Source: a virus. Taken from it: DNA of 64,000 nt. The first letter of the stretch is position 1. Each line of letters begins with the position of its first letter. Positions 19,151-27,643 of this stretch are shown here, piece after piece. Below the pieces are notes generated by a model. The model searched no databases, was not told the DNA's origin, and saw nothing but the letters and a program-made list of their open reading frames with translations. The DNA is taken from positions 38,631 through 102,630 of IMG/VR virus record IMGVR_UViG_3300030329_005371; one strand, 5' to 3'. A program made the position numbers and the translations under genes.

Positions 19151-19870
19151 ATGAATATTGAAGAACATCTTAAATTTTGGGAAGATGCCAAACCACACCA
19201 GATGAATGCGACAGCAGCAATTCGATGGTTCGGTACTCCGACCCCATGGCACTATCGTATATGTAATATGATAGCAAAAAGGCGCCTAACTAATATATTT
19301 GATGCTGGCTGCGGAGTAGGACTTATAAGAACACTATTAAAATCAGAATACTCAGACCATAAATTTAATTATAAAGGAATCGATATCACTCCTAAATTCG
19401 TTAATATTTGTCAAAAGCTTGAAATGGATGTGTCGATAGGAAATATTGAAAATATTGATGAGAGTGATAATACCTATGATTTGGCGATGGCGTTGGATGT
19501 ATTGAATCATCAAATGGATTTTAAAAAGTCCTTAAGCGAGCTTATAAGAATAAGTAATAAAATTGTTTATATATCGTTTTTTAGAGAGTTTAAAGATCCT
19601 TCCGAGATAGTTTATAAACACACGGACCCTGTTTTGATTTATCACCATTACAATAAGCAAGATATAATAGATTATTTAAATACTTTTGATAACATTGAGA
19701 TGTTTGAGTTTTTTAACGCTGGTCGTCAAACACACCATAGAGTGGCCCACAGCACCGTAACATTAAAAAATACTCCTAATCCCCACAAATGGGGATTCAT
19801 CTGGGAAAATCATCCGGAACAGCGGCCAACTTTATTACCACATGAAGATCTATTGATCATAAAGGCTTAA
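19151..19870 (+). CDS. Class I SAM-dependent methyltransferase
   Basis: FDAGCGVG, YKGIDIT, GNIE, YDL...DVLNH, ELIRIS. Confidence 0.85.
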   Translation: MNIEEHLKFWEDAKPHQMNATAAIRWFGTPTPWHYRICNMIAKRRLTNIFDAGCGVGLIRTLLKSEYSDHKFNYKGIDITPKFVNICQKLEMDVSIGNIENIDESDNTYDLAMALDVLNHQMDFKKSLSELIRISNKIVYISFFREFKDPSEIVYKHTDPVLIYHHYNKQDIIDYLNTFDNIEMFEFFNAGRQTHHRVAHSTVTLKNTPNPHKWGFIWENHPEQRPTLLPHEDLLIIKA

Positions 19871-19871
19871 G

Positions 19872-20654
19872 ATGAACATTGACGAAAAAAAGAACATAAT
19901 TATTAATTGGCTAAAGTCCTATTCGCAAGATAGCGATAGAATTTTTGTTGTTGGCGTATCGGGAGGTATTGATTCTGCTCTCACATCGACTTTGTGCGCC
20001 GAAACTGGCATTCGTACGATGGCTGTATCGATGCCTATATATCAGCAATCCTCGCAACTAGACAGGGCCCATGCTCATATCGCATGGCTTAAAGAAAACT
20101 ATGAGAATGTGGAAGATACAGAAATCGATTTAACATTTGCTTTTTATTCATTTAAGAATATGCTCCCTGGCGAGTTTAAAAGTGAATTAGGGCTGGCAAA
20201 TACTAGATCTCGCCTTAGAATGCTCACTTTATATCAGGTTGCGTCTTCTATCGGCGGCTTAGTGATAGGAACCGGCAACAAGGTAGAAGACTTTGGAGTT
20301 GGCTTCTATACAAAATATGGCGATGGTGGTGTAGACTTAAGTCCTATAGCAGATTTAATGAAGTCTGAAGTGAGAGAGATGGCATCGTTACTAGGAGTTT
20401 CACAACATATCATTACGGCGCCCCCCACTGATGGGCTGTGGGAAGATCATAGGACCGATGAAGAGCAAATCGGCGCTACGTACGAAGAATTAGAATGGGC
20501 TATGAATTATATCGATTCCTATATCAACACTGAAACGCCCCCAGCCCCCACAACGCGCCAACAAGAAGTATTAAAGATTTATAATGAATTTCATAGGACA
20601 AACTCTCATAAGATGAGACCTATACCAGTTTGTACATTTAAGGAGCAAAAATGA
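19872..20654 (+). CDS. nadE: NH3-dependent NAD+ synthetase
   Basis: VVGVSGGIDSA, NTRSRLRM..LY, GTGNKVED.GVGFYTKYGDGGVD, PIADL.KSEV, PTDGLW, TDEEQIG, HK. Confidence 0.95.
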   Translation: MNIDEKKNIIINWLKSYSQDSDRIFVVGVSGGIDSALTSTLCAETGIRTMAVSMPIYQQSSQLDRAHAHIAWLKENYENVEDTEIDLTFAFYSFKNMLPGEFKSELGLANTRSRLRMLTLYQVASSIGGLVIGTGNKVEDFGVGFYTKYGDGGVDLSPIADLMKSEVREMASLLGVSQHIITAPPTDGLWEDHRTDEEQIGATYEELEWAMNYIDSYINTETPPAPTTRQQEVLKIYNEFHRTNSHKMRPIPVCTFKEQK

Positions 20655-21661
20655 AGAAAGCGTTGGTTTGTGGAGCGGGAGGGTTTATCGGCGGCCACCT
20701 CGTAAAGTTTTTAAAAGAGCGCGGATATTGGGTTCGCGGCGTTGATTTGAAATATAATGAATTTCATGCTGTTCATGAAGCAGCCGATGACTTTGTAGTC
20801 GGAGATCTGCGCGATCCTTTGGTAGTCGCATCGGTTGTTGACGATGAAATGGATGAAATCTATCAACTAGCCGCTGATATGGGAGGCGCCGGGTTTGTAT
20901 TTACAGGTGAGAATGATGCCGATATTATGCATAACTCTGCGTTAATTAACTTAAATATTGCGCACGAAGCCTCTAAAAAGAGTGTCGGAAGGGTGTTCTA
21001 CTCTTCGTCTGCGTGTATGTATCCAGAGCACAATCAGCTCGATCCAGACAACCCTAATTGCGTGGAAGATTCCGCATATCCAGCAAATCCCGATTCAGAA
21101 TATGGATGGGAAAAGCTTTTTTCTGAGCGCATGTTCTTATCTTTCATGAGAAATAAAGGCCTAGAAGTGCGCATCGCGCGCTATCATAACATCTTCGGAC
21201 CTTATGGAACGTGGACAGGCGGCAGAGAGAAGGCACCGGCTGCGTTCTGTCGAAAGGTGGCGGTTGCTCCCGAAGGCGGCTCTGTAGAAATTTGGGGCCC
21301 CGGCAATCAAACTCGCTCATTCCTTTATGTAGATGAATGTGTTGAAGCAACATACCGCCTAATGCAATCGGACTTCACTGGCCCAGTTAATATTGGCTCA
21401 GAAGAGATGATCTCGATGAACGATTTTGCTCAAATGGTTATTGGTATATCTGGTAAGGATTTATCCATTTATAATATTGATGGCGAAGAATTCGAAGCTA
21501 AATATGGCCATCGTTGCCCTGTAGGGGTAAATGGCCGAAATTCAGATAACAACCTTTATCGAGAAAAGATTGGCTGGGCAGTTTCTGAGCCTTTGGTAGA
21601 TGGAATGCGAAAGACTTATGCTTGGATTGAAGAAAGAGCTTCGGAGGCTGTCAATGCATGA
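20651..21661 (+). CDS. GDP-mannose 3',5'-epimerase (GME-like SDR)
   Basis: GAGGFIG, QLAADMGGAGF, YSSSACMYPE, YGWEK, RYHNIFGP.GTW.GGREKAPAAFCRK, QTRSF, GVNGRNSDN. Confidence 0.92.
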   Translation: MKKALVCGAGGFIGGHLVKFLKERGYWVRGVDLKYNEFHAVHEAADDFVVGDLRDPLVVASVVDDEMDEIYQLAADMGGAGFVFTGENDADIMHNSALINLNIAHEASKKSVGRVFYSSSACMYPEHNQLDPDNPNCVEDSAYPANPDSEYGWEKLFSERMFLSFMRNKGLEVRIARYHNIFGPYGTWTGGREKAPAAFCRKVAVAPEGGSVEIWGPGNQTRSFLYVDECVEATYRLMQSDFTGPVNIGSEEMISMNDFAQMVIGISGKDLSIYNIDGEEFEAKYGHRCPVGVNGRNSDNNLYREKIGWAVSEPLVDGMRKTYAWIEERASEAVNA

Positions 21662-22355
21662 ATTAACGGAGTTAGCCAATAAATATGGATCCGATAAGGG
21701 CTCAGTACACGTTTTTACTGAAAAAATTTATGGACCTCTTTTTCAAAGTAAAAAAGAAAAACCTATTAATATTTTAGAAATTGGCGCCGGTAAAGTTGGC
21801 GGCTCTCATAAGATGTGGAAAGAATATTTCATAAATGGGGAAGTCTACTGTATGGATCCTTTCTTTTTGCCAGATCAGGTAGTAACAATTAAAGAGCTTG
21901 AAGATTTGGGTATTAATATTATTAGAGGAAATCAGCTAAATAGAGAGGATTTATTAGCCGCCGGCCAAGCAGCAAAAGGTGGCTACGATATTATCATTGA
22001 CGATGGGGCTCATATGCCTGATGCTATCCAGCTTTCGGTAGGTCTTTTATTTCCCTATCTCAAGAGTGGCGGCTATTTTATCATAGAAGATCTCGCGACA
22101 GCGCGCCGCCGCGGCGGGAATATAGATGATGTTAATGAAAATCTTCTCAAATTAGATACTAAAAATTTAATGAAAGAACGACATGTTCCAGATTATACTT
22201 TAGAACAATCTCTCGCACACTATCAATCTGAAGAATGGTTGTCCAATGTTCTACAACACGAAGAAAAACAATATTTAGTAGATAATATCCGCGATTGGAA
22301 AGTTTTCGATGATGGTGGACGTCTACAGAATATTTGTGTTATAGTAAAGAAATAG
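21654..22355 (+). CDS. Sugar O-methyltransferase-like protein (MycE/TylE-like class I)
   Basis: LANKYGSDKG..H, ILEIG, S..MWKEYF, GNQ, DIIIDDGAH, LFPYLKSGGYFIIED. ATG start at 21654 after GGAGG. Confidence 0.8.
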   Translation: MHELTELANKYGSDKGSVHVFTEKIYGPLFQSKKEKPINILEIGAGKVGGSHKMWKEYFINGEVYCMDPFFLPDQVVTIKELEDLGINIIRGNQLNREDLLAAGQAAKGGYDIIIDDGAHMPDAIQLSVGLLFPYLKSGGYFIIEDLATARRRGGNIDDVNENLLKLDTKNLMKERHVPDYTLEQSLAHYQSEEWLSNVLQHEEKQYLVDNIRDWKVFDDGGRLQNICVIVKK

Positions 22356-22363
22356 GGAATAAA

Positions 22364-23233
22364 ATGGCAAGATGCTTAGTTACAGGACACAAAGGTTACA
22401 TTGGTAGCCGCCTGTATCAAAAATTACAAGAAGATGGTCACGAAGTTATGGGAATTGATTTGAATACGGATATTCCTCATGATGTGGTTAAAGTTCTCGA
22501 CGAAGGTGCTGATGGCAAGTTTCATCCGCATTATTATAATTTTCAGCCTGAATATATTTTTCACTTAGCATGTTGGCCTAGAGTTGGCTATAGCATTGAA
22601 AAGCCCGTGGATACGATGAAAAATAATGTATTGGCCGGTAGCGTTCTTTTAAATTTTGCGCGCAAGGTAGGGTCTGTTAAGCGCGTTATATACTCTAGTT
22701 CTTCGTCGGTTGTTGGTAATGGCGCCGGTCCAACAAATCCATATGCCTTACAAAAGCTTACAACTGAAATGGAAATGGGCATTTATTCTAGAATTTACGG
22801 CTTAGACACTGTATCTTTGCGCTATTTTAATGTTTATTCAGAAGATCAAAAGGCAACGGGCCCCTATGCTACTGTGGTTGCTCATTGGATGCATTCTATT
22901 AGGAACAATATCAGCCCTTTTATAACCGGAGATGGTAGCCAAAGAAGAGATATGGTTTATTTAGATGATGCTGTATCGGCTAATATATTTGCTATGGAAT
23001 ATAAGGATAGTTTTAAAGGCGCCATTTTCGATGTTGGAACAGGTAACAATATTTCTTTGATGGAATTAAAAGAAATAGTAGAAGCACACCATAAAGACTT
23101 AAATTTCGTATATAAACCAGATCGTCTGGGCGAAGTAAAAGTTACTCGGGCGTTCACAGAGCCACTGCGAATGCTTGGTTGGGATGCTTCAATATGTATT
23201 GAAGATGGCATGAAAAGGTGTTTTTCGTTTTAA
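22364..23233 (+). CDS. NAD-dependent nucleotide-sugar epimerase/dehydratase (extended SDR)
   Basis: TGHKGYIGS, FHLA, SSSSS, PYALQK (YxxxK), LRYFNVY, GDGSQRRD. Confidence 0.92.
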   Translation: MARCLVTGHKGYIGSRLYQKLQEDGHEVMGIDLNTDIPHDVVKVLDEGADGKFHPHYYNFQPEYIFHLACWPRVGYSIEKPVDTMKNNVLAGSVLLNFARKVGSVKRVIYSSSSSVVGNGAGPTNPYALQKLTTEMEMGIYSRIYGLDTVSLRYFNVYSEDQKATGPYATVVAHWMHSIRNNISPFITGDGSQRRDMVYLDDAVSANIFAMEYKDSFKGAIFDVGTGNNISLMELKEIVEAHHKDLNFVYKPDRLGEVKVTRAFTEPLRMLGWDASICIEDGMKRCFSF

Positions 23234-23242
23234 GGAGGAAAA

Positions 23243-24091
23243 TTGGACACTATTGGAATTATTGGGCAGGGATTTGTAGGAACTGCTGTTAGAGAAGGTT
23301 TTAGAAACCATTTTAATATTGAGACTTATGATAAGTTTAAGAGGGATGTATCTACATGTGATACATTAACTGAACTATGCGGCAAAGCAAATGTGATTTT
23401 TGTATGTTTGCCTACACCTATGCGCAAAGATGGATCGTGCGATCTTTCAATTGTCCAACAGACTGTAATGAATATTGATGCTGAAGGCCAAGGCAATGTG
23501 GCTGTTATTAAGTCGACAGTGCCCCCTGGGACGACCGGCGCTCTCAACGATAAGTGTAAAAATATTCAGGTTGTATTTAATCCTGAATTTTTGACGGAGG
23601 CCAACTATATTGATGACTTCAAAAATCAAAATCGTATTATTATCGGGGGCCCTCGACCGGCCTCAACTATTGTCAAGAATCTTTTTAAGAAAGCTTTTTA
23701 CACTACACCTATAATTAAGACCGGTTCAAGCACCGCAGAGATGGTTAAGTATTTTATTAATTGTTTTCTTGCCACTAAAGTAAGTTTTGCTAACGAGCTT
23801 AAACAAATTTGCGAGCATACTGATATTGATTATGATAAGGTTGTAGAATATGCGCTTTACGACGAACGCATTGGAAAGTCTCATTTTTCTACACCGGGTC
23901 CAGACGGCCGCCGAGGATTTGGCGGCTCATGCTTTCCCAAAGATATCAATGCTATGATCACATTTGCTAGCAGTTTAAATGTCGATCCATTGGTTTTGAG
24001 CGCAGCCTGGAATAAAAATTTAGAAGTACGACCTGAAAGAGACTGGGAACAGCTCAAAGGACGTGCCGTATCACAAGAGGAAGAACAATGA
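23243..24091 (+). CDS. Short UDP-glucose/GDP-mannose dehydrogenase homolog
   Basis: IGQGFVG, CLPTP, IKSTVPPGT, NPEFL, AEMVKY..N.FLA.KV, GFGGSCFPKD. TTG start with AAGGAGG SD; ends before the usual C-terminal domain. Confidence 0.92.
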   Translation: MDTIGIIGQGFVGTAVREGFRNHFNIETYDKFKRDVSTCDTLTELCGKANVIFVCLPTPMRKDGSCDLSIVQQTVMNIDAEGQGNVAVIKSTVPPGTTGALNDKCKNIQVVFNPEFLTEANYIDDFKNQNRIIIGGPRPASTIVKNLFKKAFYTTPIIKTGSSTAEMVKYFINCFLATKVSFANELKQICEHTDIDYDKVVEYALYDERIGKSHFSTPGPDGRRGFGGSCFPKDINAMITFASSLNVDPLVLSAAWNKNLEVRPERDWEQLKGRAVSQEEEQ

Positions 24092-24309
24092 AACAATATA
24101 AAACACACAAATTGTCTACACAGGCACTAGGAGCCGTTATGATGGCTTTACAAGAATCGCTATTAAATGAATTAGACATCGTACCGATTCTTAAAAACTT
24201 TGATCTCGTTGAAACGGATGATGGGCTTGTCGTCAAAAATCCGCCCACTGTAAGATTTAGTGACAACAGTACGATTAGCGAACAAGATTTAAAGAATATG
24301 GCAGAATAG
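24088..24309 (+). CDS. Hypothetical protein
   Basis: 73 aa, ATGA overlap with the upstream gene, GAGGA SD. Confidence 0.7.
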   Translation: MKQYKTHKLSTQALGAVMMALQESLLNELDIVPILKNFDLVETDDGLVVKNPPTVRFSDNSTISEQDLKNMAE

Positions 24310-24563
24310 TGCCTCGGTATCGTTACCATTGTGAAGCGTGCGAAAAAGAGATTGTGATTTTTCACCGCATTAACGATATCGTTACAAAGTGCCCCCAGTG
24401 TGAGTCAGAGACTATCGAAAAGATGCTCTCTGTTCCGGTAGTTATAAATAAAGATCGCAATCAAAGTTCTCAAGTTGGCAAACTCACTCATGAATATATT
24501 AAAGCCAATAAAGAAATTCTAAAAAATCAAAAGAAGGAAGCAGAAAAACAGAATTATGAGTAG
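24309..24563 (+). CDS. FmdB-like zinc-ribbon protein
   Basis: MPRYRYHCEAC...CPQC pattern. Confidence 0.8.
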   Translation: MPRYRYHCEACEKEIVIFHRINDIVTKCPQCESETIEKMLSVPVVINKDRNQSSQVGKLTHEYIKANKEILKNQKKEAEKQNYE

Positions 24564-24906
24564 ACTAGAAATTATATTATCAGCAGTCTTAACTTTTTCT
24601 ATTATTTTAAATATAGGATTTTTCCTGTATGCTCGCGCCTCCGTCTTACGTTTATTAGCGGTTGCTGAAGAGTTGGGAGATCTCCAGCGAATGATGGATG
24701 CCTTTGCTAGGCACCTTAAGGCTGTTTATGAGCTTGACTCTTTTTATGGCGATCAGACTTTGGAGTCACTTCTTAATCACGCAATTTCACTAAACGAACA
24801 GATGGAGACGTTTGAATTCATATACTCCCTAATTGAAGAAACAGATAAAATAGATGACGCAGAAAACCCCCCCGAAAACGAAGAAACGGCGCCAGAAGCG
24901 AAATAA
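24556..24906 (+). CDS. Hypothetical membrane-anchored protein
   Basis: N-terminal hydrophobic helix IILSAVLTFSIILNIGFFLYA; acidic tail. Confidence 0.7.
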   Translation: MSRLEIILSAVLTFSIILNIGFFLYARASVLRLLAVAEELGDLQRMMDAFARHLKAVYELDSFYGDQTLESLLNHAISLNEQMETFEFIYSLIEETDKIDDAENPPENEETAPEAK

Positions 24907-25570
24907 AAATTATTATTTCACTCAGGTGCATGAAGACGCAATAATACGATATTCTCAAATTACATGTATAAGAGAGCGTACTGAATTATATGTAAAGTGG
25001 ATACAGCCAGCATTCAATGAAATGGTTGATAAAATTGTTTTTACTTATAAATTTACTAATCTTCCTAATTGTGATTCACTGCGAGATGAATGCAAGATTT
25101 GGTTAATGACCATATTAGATAAATATGATCCATCTAAGGGCTCGAAGGCCTTTTCTTATTTTTCAGTTATAACAAAGAATTGGTTCATACACAAGGTTAA
25201 AAGACAGCAGAAACGTAATATTCGCGAGGTAGATTTTGATAATGTTTCTAAGCGCTTTGAGGAAGAGTTTTTAGCAACCAACGATTCATATTTAACCCAA
25301 CGAGAAGAAGAGGAATTTTGGCAATTATTCTATACAGAATTGCGTTCATGGGATGTATCGTCTATGAAAGAAAATGATTTGAAGGTATATAAAGCCATCG
25401 TTATACTTTTTGAATCAAAAGATGAGATAGAGATTTTTAACAAAAAAGCTATTTATTTATACCTTAGAGAGATTACAGGCTTAAATACAAAGCAAATTGT
25501 TAATTCCTTAAAGAAATTTAAAAAACGATATTATATGTTTAGAAACGAATGGGAAGACGGAAAATTATGA
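24854..25570 (+). CDS. Phage sigma factor, T4 gp55-like (late transcription)
   Basis: KYDPSKGSKAFSYFSVITKNWF resembles sigma region 2 / gp55 (FDP.K..NPFAYFT); C-terminal helix-turn-helix-like LREITGLNTKQIVNSL. Confidence 0.7.
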   Translation: MTQKTPPKTKKRRQKRNKNYYFTQVHEDAIIRYSQITCIRERTELYVKWIQPAFNEMVDKIVFTYKFTNLPNCDSLRDECKIWLMTILDKYDPSKGSKAFSYFSVITKNWFIHKVKRQQKRNIREVDFDNVSKRFEEEFLATNDSYLTQREEEEFWQLFYTELRSWDVSSMKENDLKVYKAIVILFESKDEIEIFNKKAIYLYLREITGLNTKQIVNSLKKFKKRYYMFRNEWEDGKL

Positions 25571-25860
25571 GCGGTAAAGATTTAGATTCTCTTATTGATG
25601 AAGCTTTAAGCAATATCAGAAACGATAGAAAAATAGCTCGTGAATTTCTTAACGAGATAGCCAATCAGATTGCTATGGATGCCGCACAAAATAAATATTT
25701 AAGTCCTGTTGCCGCAAAACACGTTGAAACACTTCAGCGCTCAAATGAGCAACTTGTAAAACTTATCAATATTCGACAGAAGGATAATACTCAAACCGGC
25801 GTTCTGACCGAAGATGATAAAACTAATTTATTTGATCTAATTCAGGAGAAAAAGATGTAA
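25567..25860 (+). CDS. Hypothetical helical protein
   Basis: ATGA overlap with the sigma stop codon; coiled-coil-like sequence. Confidence 0.7.
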   Translation: MSGKDLDSLIDEALSNIRNDRKIAREFLNEIANQIAMDAAQNKYLSPVAAKHVETLQRSNEQLVKLINIRQKDNTQTGVLTEDDKTNLFDLIQEKKM

Positions 25861-27629
25861 TGGACTTTACTAGTAATTCGGATGGTCTTACTTTGGCTGC
25901 TGGCCAGTCTCAAGCGATTGGAGCAGGAGAATATAACAAAACTAATAATGCGATTGTATTTTATGTTCGGGTGCTGAACGATCCTATGGCAATGGATGCT
26001 CGCTATGCGGATATGCTTCTTAAAGAAAGTTGGATGCCCCCCAAGACTAGATCAGATCGAGACCCTATGAATGCTAGCGGAGACCTAGTGCGACCTCGTA
26101 TTATGTTTAGAGGAAGAGTGCTTAGAGCTTCGAATGGCCTGCGGCCGCATATTTTCCTTCCTGATCCGTGTAAAATGGCTTCCGCTGGCACCGAATCTTT
26201 AGATTATATCAACAGTGTAATATTACAGCACACTCTTTTTATTTCCAATGATGGAAATTTTGGTGAGATGCCCAAGGCCAATGACGTAGTAGTCGTCAAT
26301 ATGAGAGTTTCGGATTTTGAAGGCCCAGACCTAAAATATTCTAATTTTGAAACTATCGCTAGTACGGCTGATGTTCTGGCTTATGATTATCAAAAATCTA
26401 CCGCATGCGATAGTCTTGTAGAGCGTTTTGATATGGCCGGCGCCGGCGCAATCTATGGAGAATTTTTACCTCCGAAGAAGCCCGAAGCCCGGTTTCTTGA
26501 TTTTACGTGGGAAGAATTGTCTAAACTAAGACAGAGTAAGATTTTTGAGCCTATTTTGGCAATTCTCCGAGCCGGCGAAGCTGGCGCCGCTTCGTCTACC
26601 GATGTATGTAAGACCAAGTGGTGTAAGCCTTATGGGGTATATAATATGGGTACTGCCGGCCATGCGCCAGTTGAGTTTACTGGGCTGTACTACTGGCATA
26701 ACTTGAAGAATCAACAACTTGTACCCCGCGGCTGGGACCCAATGCCGACAACCACACGTACCGTTTCAACAGCTAAACCGATCACTTTTAAAAAATCATC
26801 GACAGTAACATCGGGAGTAATATCTAATAAATATTACAATGAAGCCACCCCAGCAATTGAATTTGATATAGAATTGAAAGATTTGTGGATTAGGAATGTG
26901 TGCGATCTCCAAGGCCTCGCGTTCTCGACCGCGACCGAAAATTACGTAAACACCAAGGCGATATGGAGACCCGAATATAGAACATTTAATAATTTATTTG
27001 CCGTTGGAGCTTATCAAATAATTCCAAAAACGATGTATAGCCTGATCGAGAGCATCACAGATTTGAAGAATCAAGTGGTTACTGAATTTGATCGATCGAT
27101 CGCTGCTAATAAGCTTCCTAATTCTCCTCTTTTTAACGAAATCGGTCAAGATATGCTAGCTATCTATTTGCTTCTCTGTAAGGCGGGAAATGAATACAAT
27201 AGAGGAAGGAGATTTACACAACCTAGCTTCCTTGGTACTTGGCTTATGGGCCTATACACGGATGATGAGATGACCAAACCGGACTCCTCAGATCCCACTC
27301 CAGCTGAATTGGGGATCCCTGGCGCCTGCCTGTGGGCCGGCCAAGCCTTGGCGTATGAATGGGCTTTCGCTCCTGTACAATTTAATGGTACGGATCATAT
27401 CCCGCCCAACAAACATCGAGGCCAAAGTGCGTACGGAGGAATTGCTGGAAATGCTGCTAATATCTTACCAGAGACAGTCGTCGAGGCTTTGAGAGATCAC
27501 CTTGCAATGCTCAAGAAACCCAACTCTGATCAGCAGAAGGGTCTGAAAATAATTCTTGACAAGGCCAAAACTGCCGGTTTTGCGGCTGGAACTGTTTTGG
27601 AGACATCCGGCACCACGCACGGATTTTAG
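25860..27629 (+). CDS. Baseplate hub/tail-associated lysozyme (lambda-lysozyme-like muramidase domain)
   Basis: GE...Y..YN, AVGAYQIIP.T, F....QD.LA..LL, LAYEWA, GQSAYGG.GN; position at the start of the baseplate module. Confidence 0.65.
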   Translation: MDFTSNSDGLTLAAGQSQAIGAGEYNKTNNAIVFYVRVLNDPMAMDARYADMLLKESWMPPKTRSDRDPMNASGDLVRPRIMFRGRVLRASNGLRPHIFLPDPCKMASAGTESLDYINSVILQHTLFISNDGNFGEMPKANDVVVVNMRVSDFEGPDLKYSNFETIASTADVLAYDYQKSTACDSLVERFDMAGAGAIYGEFLPPKKPEARFLDFTWEELSKLRQSKIFEPILAILRAGEAGAASSTDVCKTKWCKPYGVYNMGTAGHAPVEFTGLYYWHNLKNQQLVPRGWDPMPTTTRTVSTAKPITFKKSSTVTSGVISNKYYNEATPAIEFDIELKDLWIRNVCDLQGLAFSTATENYVNTKAIWRPEYRTFNNLFAVGAYQIIPKTMYSLIESITDLKNQVVTEFDRSIAANKLPNSPLFNEIGQDMLAIYLLLCKAGNEYNRGRRFTQPSFLGTWLMGLYTDDEMTKPDSSDPTPAELGIPGACLWAGQALAYEWAFAPVQFNGTDHIPPNKHRGQSAYGGIAGNAANILPETVVEALRDHLAMLKKPNSDQQKGLKIILDKAKTAGFAAGTVLETSGTTHGF

Positions 27630-27643
27630 GAATAATATTATAG

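Noticed and set aside
2483-24091. Bacterial O-antigen/capsule locus
   Set aside because: No Wzx/Wzy/Wzz/ABC transporter or priming transferase, and it is continuous with phage genes on both sides with similar style and the same palindrome bias.
2483-24091. DNA hypermodification cluster
   Set aside because: No hydroxymethylase/thymidylate-synthase homolog, TET/JBP or nucleotide kinase in the window. Less favoured, but not excluded without the rest of the genome.
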